Part shown: positions 40,236-48,629 of the stretch, piece by piece
Position numbering within the stretch: the first letter of the stretch is position 1
How the letters are laid out: each line of letters begins with the position of its first letter
Assembly (NCBI GenBank): GCA_964575095.1
Contig: CAZNPA010000005.1
Coordinates: 26,958-90,957 of the forward strand
DNA length: 64,000 nucleotides
Reading direction: 5' to 3'
From: an uncultured Rickettsiales bacterium
Lineage (GTDB): Bacteria > Pseudomonadota > Alphaproteobacteria > Rickettsiales > SXRF01
Program-made: the position numbers and the translations under genes
The notes under the pieces: model-generated
The model's database searches: none
What the model was told of the DNA's origin: nothing
The model's input: the letters and a program-made list of their open reading frames with translations, nothing else

Positions 40236-40807
40236 ATAAACTGTTCGCATTTTTTATCCTTTTCGCATGGGCGGCCTCTCCCGCCATGGCCGAAAACAAG
40301 CTCACCACCCATTGCCAGCGCTACGAAAGCAAATGCACCGGCAGCGCCTGCTACCGCTTGGGCTCGGCGCTGAAAGACGACAAGGACCGCCATATCTACA
40401 CTATGCGGAAAATGGATGTCGTGCAGTACGACATCGACCCCACAACCGCCACCGCCACCTTCGACAACGCCACGCCCAACGCCAAGCTCACCAACGGCAA
40501 ATACACCATCCCTTATAAGCACGCCATCTGGCGCGACGACGTCATCGTGCTCGAAAACACCGCCACCAGCGGCGTCATCAAGGAAAAAATCGAGATCGAG
40601 CGCAAGACCGGCTTTTATGCCTATTACCTGATGCATACCGACGACAGCATCAAGGACGTGCCGCTAGGTGAGCCGTACACCGCCTCGTTCGGCTATTGCC
40701 AGTTGCCGGGCGTCGTGCTGCCGGTAGCGCCGGAAGATGAGGAACCGATCGCTGCTCCGACCCCGCCGCCGGAAGCCATGTCACCTGAAGACGAACAGCA
40801 GCAATAG
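40232..40807 (+). CDS. secreted hypothetical protein (191 aa)
   Basis: MNKLFAFFILFAWAASPAMA is a signal peptide. The C-terminus is an acidic, Pro-rich tail. The ATGA start overlaps the ppdK stop. Confidence 0.55.
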
Positions 40808-40809
40808 CT

Positions 40810-42132
40810 GTGCCGGTCAAAGTCCGCTTCGCCCCCTCGCCCACCGGATATCTCCATGTCGGCAACGTGCGCACGGCGCTGGTCAACTGGCTGTTCGCGC
40901 GCAAGACGGGCGGGCATTTTCTTTTACGGATAGACGACACCGACACCGAGCGCAGCAAGCCGGAATTCGAGGCGGCGATCAAGGAAGATTTGTCGTGGCT
41001 GGGCATCGGCTGGGACGGCATCGAACACCAATCCAAACGCTTCGACCGCTACAAAATGGCAGCGGAGAATCTACGCAACGCCGGGCGGCTCTATGCCTGC
41101 TACGAAACGCCGGAAGAGCTGGAAGTGCAGCGCAAGATGCTGGCCGGGCGCGGCTTGCCGCCGATTTATAATCGGGCATCGCTAAAACTGACGGATGAGC
41201 AAAAAAAGAAATACGAATCGGAAGGCCGCCGCCCACACTACCGTTTCCTGCTCAACGACGAAGAGATTACCTGGAACGATTTAATTCGCGGCGCAACCAA
41301 CTTCAAAGCCACGCACATGAGCGACCCGGTGCTCCTGCGCGAGGACGGCGTGCCGGTCTATACGCTGGCGTCAGTAGTCGATGACGGCGAGATGGCCATC
41401 ACTCACGTCATCCGCGGCGAAGACCATGTATCGAACACCGCCGTGCAGATACAATTATATAAGGCGCTCTCGTTCAAAGTCCCCGACTTCGCGCATATGG
41501 CGCTCTTAAAAACCAAAGACGGCGAGATGAGCAAGCGCCTGGGCGGGAGCGATATCCGCAGCCTGCGCGAAGGCGGAATCTTGCCGATGGCCGTGAATTC
41601 GCTATTGGCGAAAATTGGCACGTCGGATGCGATCGAAGCAATCGCCGACATGCAAAAACTGGTCGATAGTTTTGACTTCAAGAAAATGGGCCGCGCGCCC
41701 GCCAATTACGACGCGGCGGAACTGGAGAAGCTCAACGAGAAACTGCTGCACCAGCTGCCGTTTTCCGCGGTGAAAGAAAAACTTGGGTTTGCCGATGAAA
41801 CATTCTGGCTTTCCATCCGCACCAATTTGAAATCACTCGCCGAAGCCAAAACCTGGTGGGAGATTTTACACGGTGATGTGAAAGCCGACCTGAACCATGA
41901 CGAGCGCACATTCCTGCGCTCCATTGTCGATAAACTTCCGCCGGAGCCGTGGGATGCGCAGAGCTGGGATAGCTGGATCGCCGCCGTCAAACCGACGACG
42001 GAACGCAAAGGAAAAGACCTGTTCCACCCACTCAGGAAAGCCCTCACCGGCCGCGAAGACGGCCCGGAAATGAAAAAGCTGCTGCCGATATTGGGGCGTG
42101 ATAAAGTAATGGAAAGACTGAAAGCCGCATGA
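40810..42132 (+). CDS. gltX: glutamyl-tRNA synthetase
   Basis: This 440-aa ORF has a GTG start, RFAPSPTGYLHVGNVRTAL (HIGH) and a KMSKR-type motif (EMSKRLG). Confidence 0.93.
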   Translation: MPVKVRFAPSPTGYLHVGNVRTALVNWLFARKTGGHFLLRIDDTDTERSKPEFEAAIKEDLSWLGIGWDGIEHQSKRFDRYKMAAENLRNAGRLYACYETPEELEVQRKMLAGRGLPPIYNRASLKLTDEQKKKYESEGRRPHYRFLLNDEEITWNDLIRGATNFKATHMSDPVLLREDGVPVYTLASVVDDGEMAITHVIRGEDHVSNTAVQIQLYKALSFKVPDFAHMALLKTKDGEMSKRLGGSDIRSLREGGILPMAVNSLLAKIGTSDAIEAIADMQKLVDSFDFKKMGRAPANYDAAELEKLNEKLLHQLPFSAVKEKLGFADETFWLSIRTNLKSLAEAKTWWEILHGDVKADLNHDERTFLRSIVDKLPPEPWDAQSWDSWIAAVKPTTERKGKDLFHPLRKALTGREDGPEMKKLLPILGRDKVMERLKAA

Positions 42133-43481
42133 ACCTCCACCTCCACAACACCCTCACCCGCAGGAAAGAGGAATTCGTTCCTCTCGACGCGAAAAAAATC
42201 CGCATGTATGTCTGCGGGCCGACGGTCTATGACCGGCCGCATATCGGCAACGCGCGCAGCGTCGTGGTGTACGACGTGCTGTACCGCCTGCTCTGCCACC
42301 TCTACGGCAACACGCACGTCACCTATGTGCGAAACATCACCGACGTCGACGACAAGATCAACGCCCGCGCCAAGGAGCTGGGCATCCCCATCCAGAAATT
42401 GACCGCCGAAGTCACCCGCCAGTTCCACGGCGACATGGCGGCGATGGGCTGCCTCTCGCCCTCGCGCGAGCCGCGCGCCACCGAACATATCAAGCAGATG
42501 ATCGGCATCATCGAAAAGCTGATTGAAAATAAGCATGCCTATGTGGCTGAGGGCAATGTCCTGTTCGCGGTCGATAGTTATAAGGAATACGGGCAACTTT
42601 CCGGCCGCAAGCTCGACGAGCTGGTGGCGGGTGCGCGCGTCGAGGTCGAAGGCTACAAGAAGCATCCCGGCGATTTCGTGCTGTGGAAACCAGCGGATGC
42701 GGGCGACGATCCCTCTTCCGTCTTCGATTCGCCATGGGGAAAAGGCCGCCCCGGCTGGCATATCGAATGCAGCGCCATGAGCAGCACCTATCTCGGCAAC
42801 AATTTCGACATCCACGGCGGCGGCGCCGATTTGATGTTCCCGCACCACGAAAACGAAATCGCGCAATCGCGCTGCGCCGATTCAGCATCGCACTTTGCCA
42901 AAACCTGGGTGCATAACGGATTTTTGACCGTCAACGGCGAGAAGATGAGCAAGTCGCTAGGCAATTTCATTACGGTGAAAGATTTATTGGATAAGGGCGT
43001 CAAAGGCGAAACCATCCGCTTGGCGCTGCTCTCGGCCAAATATAACGAGCCGCTCGATTGGAACGACAAGCTGCTGCACGATGCGAAATTGACGCTGGAT
43101 AAATGGTATCGGCAGATGGGGATTCGGGATTCGGGATTCGGGATTAGGGAAGAAAAAATTGCTATCCCCAATGCCTTTCTTGGCGCCCTCGCCGACGACT
43201 TGAACCTCCCCAAAGCCTTCGGCCTGATGCACGGCGCCAGCCCGCAGGAGTTGCTGGCGATGGGGAATATGCTGGGGCTATTGCAACAAGAGCCGGAGAC
43301 GTGGTTCAAAGGCAACGGCGGCAGTGACGATAGTAACATTCAATTGCTGATCGACGCCCGCATCACCGCCAAAAAAGCCAAAAATTGGCCGGAAGCCGAC
43401 CGCATCAGGAAGGAGCTTTTGGATAAAGGTATCCTTTTAGAAGACAGGCCGGACGGCACGACAGATTGGCGGAAACAATAA
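42129..43481 (+). CDS. cysS: cysteinyl-tRNA synthetase
   Basis: This 450-aa ORF has [18 protein letters not shown] (HIGH), GWHIECSAM and KMSKSLGN. Confidence 0.95.
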   Translation: MNLHLHNTLTRRKEEFVPLDAKKIRMYVCGPTVYDRPHIGNARSVVVYDVLYRLLCHLYGNTHVTYVRNITDVDDKINARAKELGIPIQKLTAEVTRQFHGDMAAMGCLSPSREPRATEHIKQMIGIIEKLIENKHAYVAEGNVLFAVDSYKEYGQLSGRKLDELVAGARVEVEGYKKHPGDFVLWKPADAGDDPSSVFDSPWGKGRPGWHIECSAMSSTYLGNNFDIHGGGADLMFPHHENEIAQSRCADSASHFAKTWVHNGFLTVNGEKMSKSLGNFITVKDLLDKGVKGETIRLALLSAKYNEPLDWNDKLLHDAKLTLDKWYRQMGIRDSGFGIREEKIAIPNAFLGALADDLNLPKAFGLMHGASPQELLAMGNMLGLLQQEPETWFKGNGGSDDSNIQLLIDARITAKKAKNWPEADRIRKELLDKGILLEDRPDGTTDWRKQ

Positions 43482-44054
43482 TCAGCGGTACGGAAACCAA
43501 CCTTCAGACGGCACTCGGCTAAAATCACTTCTAATTTTAGCAAAAATTTCTTCGGCAACTTTCCGCATTTCGAATATTACCGCCGTAGTCATATCGAGAT
43601 ATTGATCGCCTAATCCGGGATACGCCGGAATATCTTCAAATCTGGATTCCTTGAATTCTTTAGGAAGAGCCGCGATTACCCCATCCAATGCCGCGCTTAA
43701 GTCCGGAGACAATGCATTGGGCTGAATTCTTTTCTTAGCCTTCTCCAAATAAGATTCGCTATATAACAGGAGGCGATGAAAAATCTCCGCCCCGCCAGGG
43801 CTTTCTAATATTTTTTTAACGGCCATTCGCCCCAAGAGCTGATAGGGACCGTTTGAATTCGGATGCTGCATTTCATAAGATTCTGTAACCATCCGTAAAA
43901 TCACGTCCGGCTGAAGCCGCACAAACTCGCGTAGCGCATCATTGTAAATCGCATCGCTCATTCTGCTCAAGTCGCCGCTACGCAGTAATTTATCAAGAAA
44001 ACCCACGCCAAGTCTTCCTTTTCTATTTATTGCTACCCATGCGTAATGTATCAT
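43482..44054 (-). CDS. hypothetical protein (190 aa)
   Basis: This is an ORF-track entry. The sequence is visibly more AT-rich than the flanking synthetase genes, and I recognise no family. Confidence 0.5.
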   Translation of the reverse strand: MIHYAWVAINRKGRLGVGFLDKLLRSGDLSRMSDAIYNDALREFVRLQPDVILRMVTESYEMQHPNSNGPYQLLGRMAVKKILESPGGAEIFHRLLLYSESYLEKAKKRIQPNALSPDLSAALDGVIAALPKEFKESRFEDIPAYPGLGDQYLDMTTAVIFEMRKVAEEIFAKIRSDFSRVPSEGWFPYR

Positions 44055-44068
44055 AACTTTGCCTAAAT

Positions 44069-44851
44069 ATGAAGCTCCCCATCATCATCCTTGTTCGCCC
44101 GCAGCTGGGCGAAAATATCGGCGCGGTAGGCCGGGCGATGGCGAATTTTGGCTTGTCGGAACTCAGAATTGTGGCGCCGCGCGACGGCTGGCCGAATACA
44201 AAAGCATTGGAGATGGCCTCTGACGGAAAATCCATCGTCGAAGCGGCCAGAATATTTCCCGATTTGGTTTCGGCGATGCACGATATACAAATCGCCTACG
44301 CCACGACGGCGCGGCCGCGCGACATGGAAAAGCGCGTGGTGACGCCGGAGGTGGCTATGGCGGAGATAGATGCCGACGCTACGCGCTACGCCTTCGTCTT
44401 CGGGCCGGAGCGCACCGGGCTTGAGAACGAGGAAATCGTGATGTGCGATACGTTGATTACCATCCCGACCGACCCAAAAAAATCATCGCTCAACCTCGGC
44501 CAGTCGGCGGTGGTGGTGCTGTATGAGTGGTTTACTTGTCATCCTGAGCGAGCCGGAGGCGAGTCGAAGGATCTTCGGCATGGCAAGGTAATAGATCCTT
44601 CGACTTCGTCGCTACGCGACTCCGCTCAGGATGACAAGCTCGCCACCAAGAAAGACTGGCAAGGCTTGTTCGACCAGCTGGAAAGCTGCCTCGATGAGGT
44701 GAATTATTACCGCACGGCGCACAAGAAGCCGGTGATGTGGCAGAACATGAAGAATATGCTGCTGCGCGGCGCCTGGAACGAGCAGGAAGTGCGCACGTTT
44801 CGCGGCATGCTGCGCATCCTGTGGGAAGGACGAAAACCCCGGCGCAAATAA
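44069..44851 (+). CDS. SpoU/TrmH-family RNA 2'-O-methyltransferase (TrmJ-like) carrying an in-frame palindromic-element insertion
   Basis: This 260-aa ORF has ILVRPQLGENIGAVGRAMANFGL..., FVFGPERTGLENEE and IPTDPKKSSLNLGQSAVVVLYEW. An approximately 33-aa segment encoded by the repeat then follows. Confidence 0.85.
   Translation: MKLPIIILVRPQLGENIGAVGRAMANFGLSELRIVAPRDGWPNTKALEMASDGKSIVEAARIFPDLVSAMHDIQIAYATTARPRDMEKRVVTPEVAMAEIDADATRYAFVFGPERTGLENEEIVMCDTLITIPTDPKKSSLNLGQSAVVVLYEWFTCHPERAGGESKDLRHGKVIDPSTSSLRDSAQDDKLATKKDWQGLFDQLESCLDEVNYYRTAHKKPVMWQNMKNMLLRGAWNEQEVRTFRGMLRILWEGRKPRRK
44538..44635. repeat. palindromic repeat element inserted in frame within a CDS
   Basis: gtcatcctgagcgagccggaggcgagtcgaaggatc...gatccttcgacttcgtcgctacgcgactccgctcaggatgac has 13-bp terminal inverted repeats. 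It shares blocks with the 28134-28222 copy. It is translated as HPERAGGESKDLRHGKVIDPSTSSLRDSAQDD. Confidence 0.8.
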
Positions 44852-45002
44852 CGCACCGGTTGAAAAATGAGAATAATGCCGGTTAATATACTGTAATTAA
44901 TTAATAAAAAAACGTGATGAATCTCGGATATAAAAAAATATTCTAGTATTACGGGTAATGTGCTATGTACGGCATAGTGCAAATGATCCGGATAAAACCG
45001 TC

Positions 45003-46685
45003 ATGAAGAAACCCGCCCTGTTTCCTGCCCACGATTTCCAGATGCTGTTTGAATCGGTGCCCGGGCTTTATCTGGTGCTGACACCCGACCTCAGAATCAT
45101 TGCTGTCAGCAATGCCTATCTGCGCGCCACCATGACCAAACGCGAAGATATCCTCGGCCGAAAACTATTCGATATCTTTCCCGACAATCCGGATGATCCG
45201 AAAGCAACGGGAGAGCGTAATCTTAAATCATCGTTGCAGCGGGTATTGACTCACAAAATCACCGATGCCATGGCCATCCAGAAATACGACATACGCAAAC
45301 CGGAATCGGAAGGAGGCGCCTTCGAAGAACGCTACTGGAGCCCGGTCAATTCTCCCGTATTGAATGAACACGGGGAACTGATCTATATCATCCACCGCGC
45401 CGAAGACGTGACCGAATTCGTAACACTCAAGCAAAAAGACAAAGAATACCTCAAGGAAAATGAATCGCTGCGCATCCATGCTGAACAGATGGAAGCCGAA
45501 ATCTACGCCCGCGCGCAGGAAATAGCCGAAGCCAACCGTGAGCTGGAAAAACTATACGAACTCACCAAGAAAGAAGGTATGGCCCAGTTGCGCGCCGTCG
45601 TCGACCATGCGATCGACGGGCTTATCACCATCGACGCACGTGGGCATATCGAACGCTTCAACCCGGCCTGCGAGCGCATTTTCGGCTATAAGGCCGAGGA
45701 AGTCACCGGCCGCAACATCAAGATGCTGATGCCGGAACCCTACCACAGCGAACATGACGGCTACCTGAACAACCACCTCACCACCGGCAAGACAAAAATC
45801 ATAGGCACATCGGGACGCGAGGTGTCCGGCCGTCGCAAGGACGGATCGGTATTCCCGCTCGATCTTTCCGTCAGCAGCTTCACGCTCGACGATGGCGTAC
45901 ATTTTTCAGGCATCCTGCGCGACATCACGGCACGCAAACAGGCGGAAGAGCGTCTGGAAATGGCGGTGAGCGAATTGACCGAGTCCAACCAGCAGCTTGA
46001 GCGCTTCGCCCACATCTGCTCGCATGATTTGCAAGAACCGATCCGCGTCATCTCCAATTACACCGAGCGCCTTGCCCAGCACATGGCATCCTCCATGGAT
46101 GAAAAGGCGAGCCATTACATGCATTATATCGTTGACGGCGCCGCGCGTGCGCGGGAGCTGATCGGCTCCATACTCACCTATTCTCGCGTCGGCACCGAAA
46201 CCGAACCGCTGGAAACCATCGATTGCCGGGATCTGCTGGCCACCGTGCTGACGGATCTGGAACAGGCCATACAGGAAAGCGGTGCGCGGATAACGTTCGA
46301 TACGCTGCCGATCATTACCTGCCATCCGCCGCGTATGCGGCAACTGTTCCAGAATTTGCTGACCAATGCCCTCAAATTCCGCCGCAGCGACGTGCCGCCG
46401 CACGTGCATATCGGCGCCGAACGCAAAGGCGACGGCTGGCAATTCTCCGTCCGCGACAACGGCATCGGCATCGCGCCCGAATATAAGAATCGGGTGTTCG
46501 TCATCTTCCAGCGACTCAACCGGCGCGATGAATATCCCGGCACCGGCATAGGTCTGGCGTTGTGCAAAAAAATCGTCGAGCAGTACGATGGGAAAATCTG
46601 GCTCGAATCCCAGCCGGGCGAAGGCACCTGCTTCTTCTTCACCTTGCCGACGCTACGCCCGCAAGAAATGGCACAAACCGGCTAG
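45003..46685 (+). CDS. PAS-domain sensor histidine kinase
   Basis: Two PAS-like regions are followed by the H-box FAHICSHDLQEPIR and the HATPase N/G boxes (LLTNALKF, RDNGIGI, GTGIGLALCKKIV). The start is the ATG at 45003 within ORF 44958..46685. Confidence 0.88.
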   Translation: MKKPALFPAHDFQMLFESVPGLYLVLTPDLRIIAVSNAYLRATMTKREDILGRKLFDIFPDNPDDPKATGERNLKSSLQRVLTHKITDAMAIQKYDIRKPESEGGAFEERYWSPVNSPVLNEHGELIYIIHRAEDVTEFVTLKQKDKEYLKENESLRIHAEQMEAEIYARAQEIAEANRELEKLYELTKKEGMAQLRAVVDHAIDGLITIDARGHIERFNPACERIFGYKAEEVTGRNIKMLMPEPYHSEHDGYLNNHLTTGKTKIIGTSGREVSGRRKDGSVFPLDLSVSSFTLDDGVHFSGILRDITARKQAEERLEMAVSELTESNQQLERFAHICSHDLQEPIRVISNYTERLAQHMASSMDEKASHYMHYIVDGAARARELIGSILTYSRVGTETEPLETIDCRDLLATVLTDLEQAIQESGARITFDTLPIITCHPPRMRQLFQNLLTNALKFRRSDVPPHVHIGAERKGDGWQFSVRDNGIGIAPEYKNRVFVIFQRLNRRDEYPGTGIGLALCKKIVEQYDGKIWLESQPGEGTCFFFTLPTLRPQEMAQTG

Positions 46686-46693
46686 TCGGCGGT

Positions 46694-46744
46694 CTAACTC
46701 CGCCAGCGCAGGGTTTTTTCGCGCAGGCGGTTTTCAAACGGCGC
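46694..46744 (-). pseudogene. relic: last 16 codons plus stop of a Rieske-oxygenase gene
   Basis: The minus strand reads APFENRLREKTLRWRS*, identical in protein to the end of the intact gene at 47429-47479. There are 4 nt differences, all silent (cgt/cgc, agc/agt, TGA/TAG). Confidence 0.85.
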
Positions 46745-46812
46745 CTGGAGCGAGCAGGAAGTGCGCAGTTTCCGCGGCATGCTGCGCATTTTATGGGAAG
46801 AACGGAAGCCTA
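46740..46812 (+). pseudogene. relic: last 26 codons plus stop of a trmH-family methyltransferase gene
   Basis: The plus strand reads (G)AWSEQEVRSFRGMLRILWEERKPRKR*. The intact gene at 44771-44851 reads AWNEQEVRTFRGMLRILWEGRKPRRK*. No start codon is present. It joins the Rieske relic at a shared GGCGCC (46740-46745). Confidence 0.85.
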
Positions 46813-47427
46813 GAAAACGCTAAGCAACGCCTGTAGCGCCACCGTTGCCAGCACATCGAGCGCCGTAAAAATAAACAGCATCGCCAGCACGCCGCCGATC
46901 ATCCCCACCAGCATCAACACGCCATCGCGCTCCAGCATGCCTAGTGCGATCAGGCTCATCGCCACGCCCGGCAAGAAATTTCCGAACGGAATCGGCATCG
47001 ACAGAAGTATCGCCAGCAGCAAAAATATGACGCCGACAATGCGTTCCGCCACCCAGCTATGCATGAACGGCAGCCGCGGATGCAGCACGCGCTCAATCTT
47101 GCGCACCGGCACGCACGCCTTGCGCATGAAAGCAGCGAATTTCACTCGGGAAAATTTGTATTTTCTCACTTTTTTCGGAAGCCAGGGAACGGAGCGCCCC
47201 ATAATGATCTGAACCGCGATCAGCAGAATGGGAATGCCGGTAATGGCGGAAAATCCGGGCGGACTTGGAATCGGCAACGAGTTGGGCAGCGAAAATACCA
47301 GAATCGCCAGGCCGAAAGCGCGATCGCCCAGCAGCCGGAGAATTTCCTGAACGCTGATATCGCCGTCCCCATCGGTATGCTCCACCAGTGAGTGCAAAAC
47401 ATCGGAAGTGCGTTTAGGCTGGGTCAT
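46810..47427 (-). CDS. exoD: ExoD-family exopolysaccharide synthesis membrane protein
   Basis: MTQPKRTSDVL...ISVQEILRLLGDRAFGLAILVFSLPNSLPIPSPPGFSAITGIPILL is the ExoD pattern. The start was taken at the internal ATG (47427) of ORF 46810..47547. Confidence 0.8.
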   Translation of the reverse strand: MTQPKRTSDVLHSLVEHTDGDGDISVQEILRLLGDRAFGLAILVFSLPNSLPIPSPPGFSAITGIPILLIAVQIIMGRSVPWLPKKVRKYKFSRVKFAAFMRKACVPVRKIERVLHPRLPFMHSWVAERIVGVIFLLLAILLSMPIPFGNFLPGVAMSLIALGMLERDGVLMLVGMIGGVLAMLFIFTALDVLATVALQALLSVF

Positions 47428-47428
47428 G

Positions 47429-48478
47429 TCAGCTCCGCCAACGCAGGGTTTTTTCGCGCAGGCGGTTTTCAAACGGCGCCGCAGTGGTTTGCGACTCCAG
47501 ATAATCTTTCTTGAGCTTAAAATACCAGAGCGCCTGCTGGTCGGCATCGCCTAAGAGCATCAGCGACGGATGATCGCCGCGCAGTCCTTCCATCTGTTTT
47601 TTGACGGTCTCTAAATCTTGCCGGATAAACGCCTTGCCGAACGGCGCCAGCAGCGGCCGCAGAAGATTCAAGAGCGGCATGGTGGTGAACATGAACTGGT
47701 GCAGTTGCGTATTTTTTTCGTCGATGGGTGAAAGCGCCGTCAGCAAAACGATATGATGTTTGCCGATGGTGATGTGCTCGGTGCGCAACCCCGGCAGTTG
47801 AAACGTGATCTCGGTGACCGGCCGTCCGCCCAAGATTTTATAGGCGCGCGAATTGGACGACGGCGTGTGCGCCACCATTTTAAAACCCAATCCCACCGGC
47901 GCGAATTGCTTTTGCTTGGTATGGATCGAACGCGTACTCCGCCACCACCACGACGCATGCACGAACGGCCCGTGCGACGGATCCATGAGGCCGATCACCG
48001 CGTGGTCGATGTTGCAGGGAAAAACCACCGAGTCGATGTGCGTGAATGTTTTGTGCGCCGGGCCGGGAACCACCGGCAGATCCGGAAACGGGCCCTGCGT
48101 CTTGCTTCCGGCCGGCGGCATATACACCCAGATCAGCCCGTTTTCCTCGCGGCAGGGAAACCGTGTCGCTTTGACGCGCGAGATGTCGATGTTGTCTTCC
48201 GGCGTCAGCGACGGGATTTTGGTACAGACGCCGTCAATGCCGAAGCGCCAGCCGTGATAGCAGCATTCGATCTCGCAGCCGTCGAATTTACCGTACGAAA
48301 GCGGCATACCGCGGTGCGGACAAAAATCGCGCAGCGCGAATACATCGCCATTTTTGGCGCGGCCAAGCAATATCGGCTGGCCGAGCAGCGTGACTTTTTG
48401 TGTCTTGCCGCGCGCGACTTCCACCGCCGGAGATGCGATGTACCACAGGTTATGTAAAAGTTCGGGGATGGGGTTCAT
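47429..48478 (-). CDS. Rieske [2Fe-2S] domain oxygenase
   Basis: This 349-aa ORF has CPHRGMPLSYG...CCYHGWRF (Rieske CxH...CxxH) and a non-heme-iron catalytic domain. Confidence 0.85.
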   Translation of the reverse strand: MNPIPELLHNLWYIASPAVEVARGKTQKVTLLGQPILLGRAKNGDVFALRDFCPHRGMPLSYGKFDGCEIECCYHGWRFGIDGVCTKIPSLTPEDNIDISRVKATRFPCREENGLIWVYMPPAGSKTQGPFPDLPVVPGPAHKTFTHIDSVVFPCNIDHAVIGLMDPSHGPFVHASWWWRSTRSIHTKQKQFAPVGLGFKMVAHTPSSNSRAYKILGGRPVTEITFQLPGLRTEHITIGKHHIVLLTALSPIDEKNTQLHQFMFTTMPLLNLLRPLLAPFGKAFIRQDLETVKKQMEGLRGDHPSLMLLGDADQQALWYFKLKKDYLESQTTAAPFENRLREKTLRWRS

Positions 48479-48553
48479 GGGACTCTTTTATAGCATGTAG
48501 GCCCATATTGCCAAGTTGCAAACGAGCCCCTATACTCCCGCTCCCGCTAGTTA

Positions 48554-48629
48554 CGACCCATTCGTCTAACGGTTAGGACACGACCCTCTCAAGGTCGCAA
48601 TACGGGTTCGATTCCCGTATGGGTCGCCA
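48554..48629 (+). tRNA. tRNA-Glu (anticodon CUC)
   Basis: A manual fold gives gacccat-tc-gtc-taacggttag-gac-a-cgacc-ctCTCaa-ggtcg-caat-acggg-ttcgatt-cccgt-atgggtc-g-cca. It is collinear with E. coli tRNA-Glu architecture. Confidence 0.85.

Noticed and set aside
41706-42866. A 386-aa ORF on the minus strand.
   Set aside because: It is antisense to gltX and cysS, both of which carry clear HIGH/KMSKS signatures. It is a shadow ORF.
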